The position numbers and the translations under genes are program-made. This document shows, one piece after another, positions 51,761 through 64,000 of a stretch of 64,000 nt of DNA. The notes under the pieces are model-generated. The model had not been told where the DNA came from. It did no database searches and saw only the letters and a list, made by a program, of their open reading frames with translations. This stretch comes from Eledone cirrhosa (lineage: Eukaryota). Every line of letters begins with the position of its first letter. The first letter of the stretch is position 1. The stretch spans positions 49,228,001-49,292,000 of the forward strand of contig OZ024743.1 of NCBI GenBank assembly GCA_964016885.1, in the 5' to 3' direction.

Positions 51761-54700
51761 CACTTAAAGTTAAGTGCCATGATTTGGCACTAATGATGGC
51801 GTCATTGATGCCAAGCAATGTATAATAGCTCTAAAAGTCTACAAGACATGCCTGGTTGTTGTTTTTGTCTTCATTGTTAAAATGGGGGAAGGGGGTCCAG
51901 CATTTTAATTGGTTACTTATTCTATTATATATTTAGTTTGGTGAGTGATGTCAGATTGTGTGTATTCATTTTAGATAACACTTGTGATGTTATTATGTGA
52001 GCATTGGATACACAGCATTGGACACACATACACACACTCATTGTTGTTCATCAGTATAGTTCGTCATTAACAGATACAATCTAGTTTCAAGCAATATTGG
52101 ATGAAACCAATCTGGACTATATAGTTTGATAAAGAACAAATCTGTGACTGAAATAAACCTTTGATTATTATTACATTGAATATAACATATCTATATACTA
52201 ACTGAGCAGCTGTTTCATGTGGAATGAAGGTATATTTCAGGCTGGTTTTCTTTTTCTTCTTTTCTATAATAGTATCTTTAAGATATTTTCTGTATTTATC
52301 CCTTCTTCTTTCCACAACCTTTCATATTCTGTGTTAATGTGAATGTCTTTCTTTATCATTCATTCTTTCTTCGTTTTCATTTTTTTCATGACCATTTATA
52401 TGCTAGAAACATTATGTCTGGACATGTGTTTTACAGTTTCTTGTCAAAATAATTACAATTATATGAACGTCTGCACATGGCTGTGTAGTTAAGAAGTTTG
52501 TTTCATGACAACATTGTTTTGACTCGTGGGTGATGCCCTGGACAAGTGTCTTCTACTATAGCCTTAGATTAACCAATGCTTTGTGAGTGAATTTGCTAGA
52601 CAGAAACAGCACAAAGCTCCTTCTAATGGAGATGTATATATATGCATATATGTGTTTGTCTTCATCTTTTCTCTTCTCGATACAGGTGCTAATATTTATT
52701 TATATATAGCTGTTAGGTATATATAGCTGTTAGGTATGCTGTGTACCTTATTTAAAAACGAGGGTTGGCATCAGAAAGGGCATCTGTCTGTAGAATTCTG
52801 CCTCATCAAGACTCTTCCAACCCATGCAAGCATAGAAAAACAGACATAAAAGTGATGATGATGATATGAATATCAAATCAAATGATATTTTGGATTTGTT
52901 TCTGTAATTTCTGTTCACAGCTTCTTTATTGCTGAACCAAATTTGTATGAAGTAATTAAATCTGTTAGTAAGTAGCTCATTTATTAACATTTAGATATAT
53001 AATTGCCATTGTTTTACTCAAAGTTACAACTCATATATTTCAGTTTTATCTGAAAAATAAGACCAAAACATTTTGGACCTGCTGATTTGTTCTTGCAGTA
53101 CCACCGATATTTGACTCTATCCTGCCAACTCAATATTCCATTCTACCTCATACTTCTGTTTACTATTGCTATTTATACAACTTTCTGTACAAGTTAGTGA
53201 TAGTTTAATGCCATTCCTTAAGCCCAAGTTCTTCAGGAAAGCATTGAGGCATTGCTGTGATTTTTCTTAGGTTCTCCATATTTTTTTTCAGTGATTTTTG
53301 TGTGGGCACCAGAGTTGGAGTCGGCACATATGACAAGAGGTCAGGGTTGAAAGTGTTAACTTATAACAAGGAACTTTAAGATATTTATCATTGTAGTTAT
53401 CAAAAGCTTATCTTCTCTCAGTCTTCTTATCAAATACAACTTCTTAAGTAAGTCTGATAAAAGATTCCAGTAAATGCTTGTCATTAATTAGAATCATTAA
53501 TTTTTCTCTTGTTAGGAGGAAGATCTACGTAAATTTGTTTTTGTTCAATAATTATAAACATAAACTTTTATTGCCTAAATACGATAAAAGAAGGAAATCA
53601 CAGCATGCCAAGTAAATGTTTCACAGTCCTAGTAGACAAAATAGTGAATATTTCACCACAAAGGAGAATGAAGGTGATGTGCTGAATGAGTCAGTACACC
53701 CCATTGGGCTTGTTCTTCCATGGATTCAATAAGAAACCTATCAGAATAGTTGGTACTCAACTGTACTCTACCTAAATAATCTTTCACGTTATTCAATTAC
53801 TCTTGCTACAGAAACAACTTTTCATTTAACAGTGTCACTCTGTTGTCTTATAGACAACCATTTTAAGGTGGTGAATTAGAAGAGTTGTTAGAGGTTCAGA
53901 TTAAATACCTTGTGTTATTTCTTCTGGTTCTCTGCACTCTGAGTTCAAATCCTGCCAATGTCAACTTTATCTTTAATCCCTTCAGTGTTAATAAAATATC
54001 ACTCGAGTACTGGGGTTGATTTCTCTCTCTCTCTCTGTCGTGAAACCTGGAGAGAGATGGGCTCACCAGGTTTAAAACATTCAAGACAATACTCCTACAT
54101 TCCCATCTGGAGTTGATGACCCAAGGAATGGGAGGAAGATAAGTTTTAATATTCCTTAAAAGAGCAGATTTTAAAGACTACACCATTAATCCACTAGGTT
54201 GTTTTCTCAGTCATTTTTATAACTGGCATAGACAACTGTTTACCTCAAATCCTCTTGAAATTGAACAATGATTTCTGACATATATGCACAGGGTCACACA
54301 TTTTAGAAGAGAGTATAATAGTTCAGTGGCTCCCAGCACCCTTTGCAATCCATGAACCCATGGGAGTTCACAAATTCATGGGAAAATTCATTTAAATTAA
54401 CGGGTAGTAAAAAAGTTAGCTGCTGCTATAGTTGATTAGATTGACGTCAAGGACCTGTCTTGTATTTATTTGACATCTGAAGGGTGAAAAGCAAAGCAGA
54501 CCTGTTGGATTTGAACCCTGAATGTAAAGAGACATAACCCAAATACTACTATTTAATACTTTGTCTGATGCTCTACCAATTCTGCCACCAAATGCTCTTT
54601 AAAATTTAACAATAATTAAGAACTAAGGAGCCCTGTCAAGTGGAATGGCTGATGCAGTGAATATTGCTAGCTTTCCTTTGTGGTGATGCATTTGCTATCT

Positions 54701-56176
54701 TAGTATGTGGGGTGTAATGCTTTTCATTAAAGGGCATAGATTTTTTTTTATTGTTTTCATTTGTGTTTTTGCTGTGTATGTTTGAAAATCTTAAATGTTG
54801 TTTCCATTTAAATTTTCTGTTTTTTCATGATAGTAATATGGCCTCCAACTTCAGATATTTTACTGCTACTATAGCCATTTGTAGCATTAATAGCCTCTCA
54901 TTCAAGTACTTAGTGTGTGAGGTTTGTCTTAAAGTGGTAGATCTGTTTGCCGTTATTTTTGGAATTGCTTACAACAGCTTTATGATGTCTATTATGAAGT
55001 GTATGAGCTTCCTTTTGTCAGCCATTTGATGTTATAATGAGGGAGGAGTTGTGTTGTTGCTTGGGAAGGCTACTAGAAACTATTTCTGTCTATTACACTA
55101 TGAAACTTTCAATACCTCCTGTTTACTGAAGTGTTCTCATTTAGGTTGACATCACTTTCTAATGAAGTTCTCCACTTGATTTTTATCTTCCTTCCTCTTG
55201 CTTTCTCTAAATCATTTCATGGATTGCTATCTTGAGTCCACACAAGGCTTTTCTATTTTTAAGGACTGGTGGTGTAGTTGTTGTTATTGTTCTTTAGCCT
55301 TAAGGTGGCCCTAATCAAGTAACTTACCCAGTCCTTTTTTTTCCAGACAATGTATCAAGGACTACATTATCCAATGTGGTTTTTCTTTTTAAAGATCACA
55401 AGGTGTAGTTTGAGGGAGATTTGGCTGTTATTTCTCTCAAACTGAGTAAATTGACTGAGTCATTAGAGTGGAAGACAAAAAGATATTTTCCAGTGTTCTG
55501 CACTCTGAATTCAAATCTGACCAACACCAAATCTACTTTTCACCCTTTCAAGGTTGATAAAATAAAGTACCTGTTTAGAGGAATGGATTGGTGGAATTGT
55601 TAAACCGTCAGACAAGATGCTTTGTGGTATTGTTCCAGTGCTTTGCATTCTGAGTTCAAACCCTGCTGTTGCCTACTTGGGTTGTACACTTAATCCTTCA
55701 CCTTGTTTAACACCACCACATGTTCTACTCTATTACAAGAATTCAGACGAGGCCTTCAGTTTGAGGATACCTTCCTTTCACCAGTCTCAGAGGTTCTGAA
55801 AAGTGTCATTGGCACTGTCCTTCCCACCCTGATTTAAAAGTCGGTATATGTTTCATTCTTATTAGTGACAATTATTGTCCAAATCTTTGATATGTTATCA
55901 AAATATTAACTGCAGAATGCAGTAAATTATAAAATTTATTAAATAGGGTGAGAGTTATTTACCACTACATCTATATGAGTATATATATATATATATACTG
56001 TAAATGTGGTTGGTGTTAAGAAGGGCATCCAGCCGTAGAAAACCTGCCAGATAGTCCTATACAAACGAGACACGGTCACCCGACCAATCTTGCCTCAAGT
56101 GGGACAACTCCCATCTAACCCATGCTAGCGTGGAAGATGGACGTTAAACGATGATGATGATGATATATAATCATAG

Positions 56177-56450
56177 AAAAATGAGGAACTCATCGCTAGA
56201 ACAGCTGTTAAAACAGCTAAATGCTGTCAATGACAGCGAAGGACAGAAATACCTCAGAGAACAGACGAGCAGACAGTAGTTGACAGAGAGACACTCCACA
56301 AGGAGATGAGTTACCCACCTCATGGATTGTCTCTCTGCTGACCACTAACCTCTGCTTTCTGTCCTCCTGTGGCATTTTTGACCATCGCTGTCATTGACAG
56401 CATTTGGCTGTTTTAGCAGCTGTTCTAGGGATACAAGTTTTTTTCTTTTT
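56177..56450. repeat. Imperfect palindrome / fold-back element of about 270 bp
   Basis: CTAGAACAGCTGTTAAAACAGCTAAATGCTGTCAATGACAGCGA pairs with TCGCTGTCATTGACAGCATTTGGCTGTTTTAGCAGCTGTTCTAG. Looser pairing continues toward the centre. Confidence 0.85.
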
Positions 56451-56539
56451 TTTTTTATGAATTCAAAAATACTTTCACTTCATCTCTATCAGAGACAACA
56501 ATGTTTATTCACACACATATATATATATCATTATCATCG

Positions 56540-56587
<48 letters not shown>

Positions 56588-56601
56588 CGCCCGTGCGTGT
56601 T

Positions 56602-57380
56602 TCTGAAATTGTGAGTACTTTAACATTTTTCATATGTTAATCCATTGATACAATAATTACATTGTTTCCAGAGCTTTAAGCTTCTGGCTGGGATGTCGTA
56701 TTACAATTACTCCTTTGCATATGCTCCAAATGAATTTGTTAAGCAAAATGTAAACAAGAATATCGAAATCATTGGATATTGATTTCAATCCTTATTATTG
56801 TGATTAACTACCAAACTATTTTCTTGAATTATTGTCGAGTGCTCCATATTGGTGATGTCATGATGCTTTTAAGCATTAACACCAACCCCAGCCAGTTGGC
56901 CACTGCTGCTGTCACTTGATGACAGAATAGCAGTTAATGCTACATGTGGGATATCAGCACCAACCTGAAAGTTTACTAGTAAGGTCAATTTTTGGAAATC
57001 ATTCATAAGACTGGTGGCTGATGATAATTCCTTTGTCCGGAAGTTGTTGGTTATGGATTTATTATTAATTGATCACCAGTGAATTCTTCCTGGAATCTGA
57101 AACAGTACTGTACCAGCTTAGATGTGGATTTTTGTAGTCCAGAGGATTTTTGTGTGTTAAACTAGGAGGGTACTGGATGTTTCAATTGCTGAAATTGTGA
57201 GTACTTTAATGTTTTTCATATATTAATCCATCGATACAATAATTACATTGTTTCCAGAGCTTTAAGCTTCTGGCTGGGATGTCATATTACAATTACTCCT
57301 TTGCATATGCTCCAAATGAATTTGTTGAGCAAATTGTAAACAACAAGATCGAACTCGCTGGATATTGATCTAAACCCTTA
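56602..57380. repeat. Direct repeats of about 190 bp (56602-56793 and 57189-57380) flanking about 395 bp
   Basis: Both begin CTGAAATTGTGAGTACTTTAA and end GGATATTGAT..CCTTA. Confidence 0.85.
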
Positions 57381-57704
57381 TATATATCACTGGATATTGA
57401 TCTAAAGAGAGAGAGAGAGAGAGAGTAAATATATCAAACTATATGAACTGTCATATAGTGTTTTATATGCAATTCTATCAACCTTCAGCTGCTAAACTAA
57501 TTAGACATGTACAAGTGGCCTATATGGATTAATTCAATCAATTAATTGGATAGTGATTACATTCCTTACTCTGTTATGGACCATCCTCTACTATACATTT
57601 ACATAATTTCAGCTGTCAATAGTCATTCTGTTGTTCCCTTCTTGATCTCCTCACTACAGATGTTTTATAATTCAATTGCCCCCTCCCTCTCTTTATATAT
57701 GCAT

Positions 57705-59588
57705 AGGCAGTGTGTCAATGCAAATCAGGATGTTGTTGGAGATAAATGTGTCCAGGATGATGCCGGTGTACTTAGTGTCATGAATGATCAGAAAAAGGAG
57801 GCCTGGAAATGTCATTATGAGAGACTGATGAATGTGGAGAACGAATGGGAGAGAGAGAAATTACCCTATGTAGATCCGACAGAGGGACCAGCTATTGAGA
57901 TTGATGAATATAGGGTCCAAGATGCGATTAAGGAAATGAAAAATGGTAAGGCTGCTGGACCATCGGGAATAGTTGCTGAGATGCTGAAGGCATCAAGGGA
58001 CGTAGGCACTAAACTGGTTGCACGCATCATCAATCAGGTTATATATGGTGGTCATACCCAAAGACTGGTGCAGCAGTATTCTCATAAATTGCTACAAAGG
58101 TAAAGGGGATGCTCTGGAGAGGAGCAATTATAGAGGTATAAAACTGATGGATCAGGTTATGAAAGTGGCAGAAAGGATTTTAGCACAACTAATTAGAGAA
58201 AGGATCAAACTAGATGAGATGCAGTTTGGTTTTGTGCTTGGAAAGAGTACAACAGATGCCCTCTTCTTGGTGAGACAATTGCTAGAGAGGTTCTTAGAGA
58301 AAAATAAGCCACTATACTTATCCTTTGTTGACCTAGAGAAGGTCTTTGATAAGGTACCTCCATCTGTCATCTGGTGGTCCCTAAGGAAACTAGGTGTTGA
58401 GGAATGGCTTGTGAGGACAGTGCAAACTTTGTACAGAGGTACTCTCAGTAAAGTCAGGGTAGGAATGGAGTCTAGTGAGGAATTCCAGATACAAGTAGGA
58501 GTACATCAAGATTCGGTCCTCAGCCCGCTCTTGTTCATTATAGTCCTCCAAGCCATAACAGAGGAGTTTAAGACTGGCTGTCCATGGGAACTTCTCTATG
58601 CTGACGATCTGGTTCTTATAGCAGAATCAGTAGAGGAGCTAGAGAATAAATTCTGGCTATGGAAACAGCAGTTGGAAGCAAGAGGACTGAGAGTGAACCT
58701 AGCTAAGACAAAAGTGTTGATGAGTAGAAAAGAGGACACAACTCTGATTCCGTCAGGGAAATGGCCATGTTCGATATGCAGAAAAGGAACTGGCATAAAT
58801 TCTATAAAATGCACACAATGCAGATCCTGGGTACACAAGAGATGTAGCGGGATAGCAGGCAAACTAACAGGTAGGGAGAAATATGTATGCAGTAGATGTA
58901 CAGGGAAATTAGACAGTAGAAGTCGCATTGATAAATACATTTTTCAAATGCAGGAGGGTGCTATAGAAGTGGTGGCTAGCTTCCGGTACCGAGGAGATCA
59001 GATTAGCATGGGAGGAGGGTGTTCCGAGGCCATAGTATCTAGAATAAGGACGGGTTGGAAGAAGTTTAGGGAGCTGCTTCCTCTGCTGACGAAGAAGGGT
59101 TTCTCCCTGCGTACGAAAGGCCGGTTGTATGATGCCTGTGTGAGGAGCGCGATACTGCATGGTAGTGAGACATGGGCAGCAACTGCAGAGGATATGCGAC
59201 GGCTGGAGAGAAATGAGGCAAGCATGCTCCGTTGGATGTGCTGTGTAAATGTGCGTGAACGACCCAGCATGAATGTGTTGAGAGAGAAACTGTGTCTGAG
59301 AGGGATAGAATGTAGTGTACGGGAGAGGAGACTGAGGTGGTATGGACATGTGATGCGCATGGAAGATGACCGATGGGTGAAGAAGTGCCAGGAAATGCCA
59401 GTTGAAGGAAGATATGGTAGAGGTAGACCATGAAAAACATGGGCGGAGGTGGTGAGAACAGACCTCAGATCGTTGAAGCTCACGGTGGAGATGACGAAGG
59501 ACCGTGACGAGTGGAGAGATGCTGTGCTGAATAAGACCCGTCCCACCCTTGCGAGCAGGGAAGAGCGGACGTAAAATGATGATGATGA
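57705..59588 (+). mobile_element. 5'-truncated RTE-clade LINE (family B)
   Basis: ORFs 57546-58103 and 58018-59433 closely match the 5538-7830 copy. YADDL present. Frameshift near 58050 and CGA>TGA stop at 59431. Same tail. Confidence 0.95.
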
Positions 59589-59613
59589 TATACTGACCTA
59601 AATCCTTTTTAGG

Positions 59614-59760
59614 CCCTATATCCATGGATAGGATTAACTAGGTGACGTCAGTATGTGCCACTGCAGGTTAGTTATCCAGGCCCTCCATATTTTAGGTTTT
59701 ATATCCATGGATAGGACTAACTAGATGGTGTTGGTATATGATGTTGTAGGTTAGTTATCT
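59614..59760. repeat. Diverged tandem duplication of about 85 bp
   Basis: TATATCCATGGATAGGA(T/C)TAACTAG...AGGTTAGTTATC occurs twice. Confidence 0.7.
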
Positions 59761-61000
59761 CATGTATCTCATGAGACCTTGGATCTGCACCTGGAAAATT
59801 CCTCTCCAAGACTCAGGCCGGGGCAAAGTATTTTTGTGGCAGACCAAGTTGCCCATGCTTGGAAGTCTCCTCTCTCCCATGCTACCAATGTTGTAAAAAG
59901 AAAAGATAAGGGCTGATACACCTTGACACCAGTGTCATCACAAGAAAACATAGAATGCTAAGTGTTAAAAATTATACTGGAGTGGTACTTTATCACCCCC
60001 TGAAATGATGAACGGTATAGTTGACTACAGTGGAATTTGAACTCTGTGTGCAGATAGCTGAGAAAAATGCAAAGTATTTAAACCAACAATTTTGTTAATT
60101 TGTCACCTTACAGGACAGTTACAAACAGGAAAACAACAACAACAAAAAAAAGGGATCTGGCATGAGATTGTTCTTTTTGAAAGAGAACAGGGTTTGTTTG
60201 ATTATTAGACATTTTTCTTGTGGTTGAATTTGCTCTGGTGTAACAGCAACAGAAAGTTGGTACTAATAATCAGGATTATTAGTACCAACTGTTTAGTTGG
60301 TACTAATTAATACCATATTTTAGAAGTGAAGAAATAGAAGAAAACTAAGGTGTCTCTCCAATTTCATCAACATACTATAGGGACTGGTAAACGACTTCAG
60401 ATATATGAAGGTAACTTCTTTTAAATGCAATATAAAGAGTGTGTAAATCACAATATTTTAAAAATATTTAACTCAAGAGGAACGTGTTTATTTCATGTTT
60501 ATTTCAATGTGCATGATATGCAACAAAGTATGTAGAACTAATTCCGGACTAAAAAAGACACATGGTGGTACATAAAGATTGTGTCCCACATGGTGACCTC
60601 ACCGGTCCTGTGGAAAGCACAACTCTATTTTGTCACCTGTGTCATAAACATGCAGATCTACAGCTGGCCTACAAAGTCATCTATGAAGTCATGGACGTGG
60701 ATGGGATGATAACGAATAATCAATAAGTGATGGCAATCGTCTGTGAAGGCGCTGCAATCCTCATGTATCTATGTATGCATGTACATGTGTGTGTACATAC
60801 ATGTGTTATTGATGGATTGGTGGATAAAAGAATGAGTACTAGTACAGAAGTAGAGTTTAAATATTAATTTAATATAACTAAATGGTGAGCCTTGTTACTC
60901 TGGAGTTTCACCTGCGACTCGTGCGATAATAAATATACATATATCTGTATGTGGTAGAAAACTGAGAGAAAGGAGTACTCAGTGCTGAAGTAGAGTTTTA

Positions 61001-61162
61001 ATATTCATTTTATTAAGGCTAAATAGTAAGTCTTGTAACTCTGGAGTTCCGCCTGTTTATCACAGGGTCATCAAACAAGAACTTTTGGCTGATGACCCTG
61101 TGATAAACAGGTGGAGCTCCAGAGTAACAAGACTTACTATTTAGCCTTAATAAAATGAATAT
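61001..61162. repeat. Inverted repeat of about 73 bp whose arms carry degenerate hammerhead motifs; a partial third copy lies at 60835-60915
   Basis: Arms 61001-61073 and 61090-61162. CTGATGA at 61089-61095, stem CCTGT-GATAA-ACAGG, then G(A/G)AA-CTCCAGAG-TA-ACAAG. Confidence 0.75.
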
Positions 61163-61177
61163 ATATATATATATATA

Positions 61178-61295
61178 TCATCATCATCATCATCATCATC
61201 ATCATTTTACGTCCACTTTTCTCTGCTTGCAAGGGTGGGACGGGTCCTATTCAGCACAGCATCTCTCCACTTGTCACGGTCCTTCGTCATCACCA
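61178..61295 (-). mobile_element. Very short 3' end of RTE family B
   Basis: Reverse complement matches 7735-7830. Confidence 0.85.
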
Positions 61296-62058
61296 TATAT
61301 ATATATATATATATATATGTATATGTATTAATTAAAAAGTAGTTTTCTTGCATTGTCAAAGTTAGTTGATGCTTTATAACTATGTTTGAAAACATTCTAT
61401 TAGTTGACTACTTTGAATTATTAATCAAATTAGAATATAATTACATAAAACACAGACATATATAAATTGTGAAAAAGTAGTGATTTGTTTATTAATTCTG
61501 TGAGCTACAAGAGCTTTGAACAGTCATTCAGTATCTTTAATCTCGAAGACTTAATGTTTGTTACACTGTTTATACGGCTTGCATTTTTCTGAGTTTACCA
61601 CAAGCTATGTTGAGTTAATAACTATTCTATAAATAAGATCTCAGTCTTGGAATATAGATGTTAAAAAATACTTTCTTTAAAGAAACTTACTTTTTCATTC
61701 CTCACCATCTCTCTTGTATTATTTTTTCCAGCACAGTTACGTCCCTTTACGATCTGAGTTCAAATCCCGCCGAGGTTGACTTTGCCTTTCATCCTTACGG
61801 GGTCGATAAAATAAAGTACCAGTAATGCACTGGGTAATTGCTGGCCTTGTGCCTAAAGTAGAAACAATTATTTTAATAGTTGATATATTCTGAATGTATA
61901 TAATGGAATATTTTCTTTTTTTCTTTTTCTATATCTTATTTGAGAATTACCAAATATATTATAGTCAATAGAAAAGGTAATTTCTGACAGCACCACTCAC
62001 CAACAGTCAATACATGTTGCCACAGTTTACTTCAATGATTGACGGTTACGCTAGTATA

Positions 62059-62273
62059 TTAATCCTTTAGCATTTAAACCGGCCATATCCGGCCAGAGTT
62101 CTGTCATTTCTTTTTGTTCAAACTAGCCATAGCTGGCCACTTATAATACCAAGGATAAGGTATTGTTTTCAAAATAAATATCAAAATCTCATAGATTCGA
62201 TATTATGTGGATAAAGTCTTTACCACCAAAATACAATAGTATATATAGAGTAATGTAAATGCTAAAGGGTTAC
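62059..62273. mobile_element. piggyBac-like MITE
   Basis: TTAA-TCCTTTAGCATTTA ... TAAATGCTAAAGGG-TTAC. Body matches the other copies. Confidence 0.8.
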
Positions 62274-63394
62274 AGAGACAGCCAGGTGCAAGGTTTACTA
62301 AGAGTTAGCAAGACTCAAAAACTTTAATACAACCCACACCTCTATTTATAGGTTTGATGGATGGATGCTGACTCTTTAATCCATCCACTTTTGTTGACAG
62401 GTATTGTATTTTGTCCCGTTAGGGTGTCCATCCACCTTCCACATATCTTAGATTGACATAGCCAGTTTAATGGACACCAGCTTGACCATGAAACATGTAG
62501 TAATGATTCGTATGATTAGCAATAACAGCAGATCATTTGATCTGACCTGACACATTAATATTGTCATGCTGAATAAGTAGTGATAAAAGATGTTAACAAC
62601 AAAGTTTTTGCACCATTCTCTGTATGATTACCATGTATATGCTGCCATCTATTTGTAAATGTAACTGTATTCAGATGTAAGAAATTATCTGTCAGTATTA
62701 GTAAGTTTAATTATTTAAAGATAATTATATTACTACAAGATAATCAGAAAATCAGTCATAAAATCTCTTTGGTAAAAGAGTTAGGGAGAGAGAAAAATCA
62801 GAAATTTGATCCATAATCTATATTCATTAATACACAATGACCTATCATGTAGGTTATCTCAGAAAATAGTAGTTATTTCAGTTGTTACTCTGGAACTAGG
62901 CCTGTTAATAACTTGGAAGAAGAGGAGGTTAATTGATTGGCATTGTACTCCATGCTGGTCATTGTCCTCGAGGTTGCTGATTCCCTTCATCAAATTAGGA
63001 TAAGGGCATTGTGCCTGAAAATATAGTTTCAGCATTTCCATTTAGTCAGATATTCTTTTCTGTCATAGATTGATAAATATTAGATTTATTGGTAGTTCAA
63101 TGTCGTAGGTTTAGTTCAGTGTAGCAGTTTTTTTTCTGTGAATGCAGTTCTACTGAAATTTCTCTATATATGACTGAGCTATGAGAGACAAAAAAATAAT
63201 TTCTAAAAGTAATCTAATACTTACATAAGTTAACAACACTCACTTCATAGAAGGAATATAGGAAATGTCATATATAGAAGTGTGACTTTCATAAAGGTAT
63301 TACCAGTGTGTTAGTGAAATACCTACAGCTAAGAATCAAAATAGAATTACTGATTTGGCTAGAAGCTTAGTTCTTAATCTATACTGTTTGTGAG

Positions 63395-64000
63395 AATGAT
63401 CGACCATATACTGATGAAGGGAAGGAGTAGGCATGATTCTATGTCAATGTAAACTATGGGTCTACACAAGGTATAGTGGGATCATAAGCAGGCTAACAAA
63501 GAACAAAGACTTTGAATGTGACAAATGCACAGGAGTAGTTAACACAGCAGTAAAATATAATCTTTTCAATGCTTGGAAGGCTTCATAGAAGTAGCTGATA
63601 GCTTCTGTCACCTAGGTGACCTAATAAGCAGTGGAGGTGGGTGCTCTGAAAGCATATTAGTTAGGATAAGAAAAAGGTAGGATAAGTTTAAGGAGCTGTT
63701 ACCTCTGTTTGGTAACTGGAATTCTCTCCTCAAGCAAATGATAGGTTATATGGCACTTGTGTGCATAAGTATACTGTTGCATGGTAATATTGAATGCAGG
63801 GGATGTATGAAGAGCAGAAAGAAACAGTGAACAGCTCTGTTGGATGTGTAACATTTGTGTGTATGAATGCTGAAACAGAGAGAAAACGTTGATAGTATAG
63901 ACATACAATGTATATGGATGATGACATTTGGATGAAGAAGTGTCAGTGAAAGGAATCAAAGGAAGAGGAAGACCTGGGCATAACTGGTGAAAGCTGAACC
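63395..64000 (+). mobile_element. Old decayed RTE LINE fragment
   Basis: Remnants of WVYTR, SFCHLGDLISSGGGCSE, KFKELLPL and GRGRP, homologous to 2150-2780. Confidence 0.75.

Noticed and set aside
56645-56715. Hammerhead on the minus strand of the 190-bp repeat (hairpin then GAAACAATGTA)
   Set aside because: No CUGANGA at the required position in either copy.
58909-59625. Long antisense ORFs over the RTE copies (also 7235-7902, 2306-3013, 6400-6804)
   Set aside because: Shadow frames of the RT coding strand with no recognisable motifs.
60253-60292. Short near-perfect palindrome AGTTGGTACTAATAATC..GATTATTAGTACCAACT
   Set aside because: Real, but most simply a local fold-back repair scar with a third partial copy adjacent. 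No evidence of function.

Overview
AT-rich eukaryotic DNA made almost entirely of transposable elements and simple repeats. The repeat repertoire suggests an octopus or other cephalopod; this is an inference, not a database result. No host gene exon could be supported. Main contents: several 5'-truncated RTE-clade LINEs from at least two families; CR1-like 3' ends; a decayed Jockey/I-like RT; a complete but inactivated 6.3 kb RepHel Helitron (35536-41848); a complete DD37D (maT-type) Tc1/mariner with one stop codon (44759-46063); six copies of a TTAA-flanked piggyBac-like MITE; many tRNA-derived SINEs; two CRE-like restriction-like-endonuclease retrotransposon fragments; Penelope-like remnants; and several minisatellites. 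The most interesting non-obvious signals are: (1) clusters of minimal type I hammerhead ribozyme motifs in inverted arrangement with compensatory stem changes (about 4970-5430, plus 60840-61160 and about 50000); (2) a SINE family carrying two alternative LINE-derived tails joined at a CCCGT microhomology; (3) a second helicase C-terminus inside the Helitron 3' end; (4) a twin-priming-like 5' inversion in an RTE copy. All alignments and folds were read by eye.
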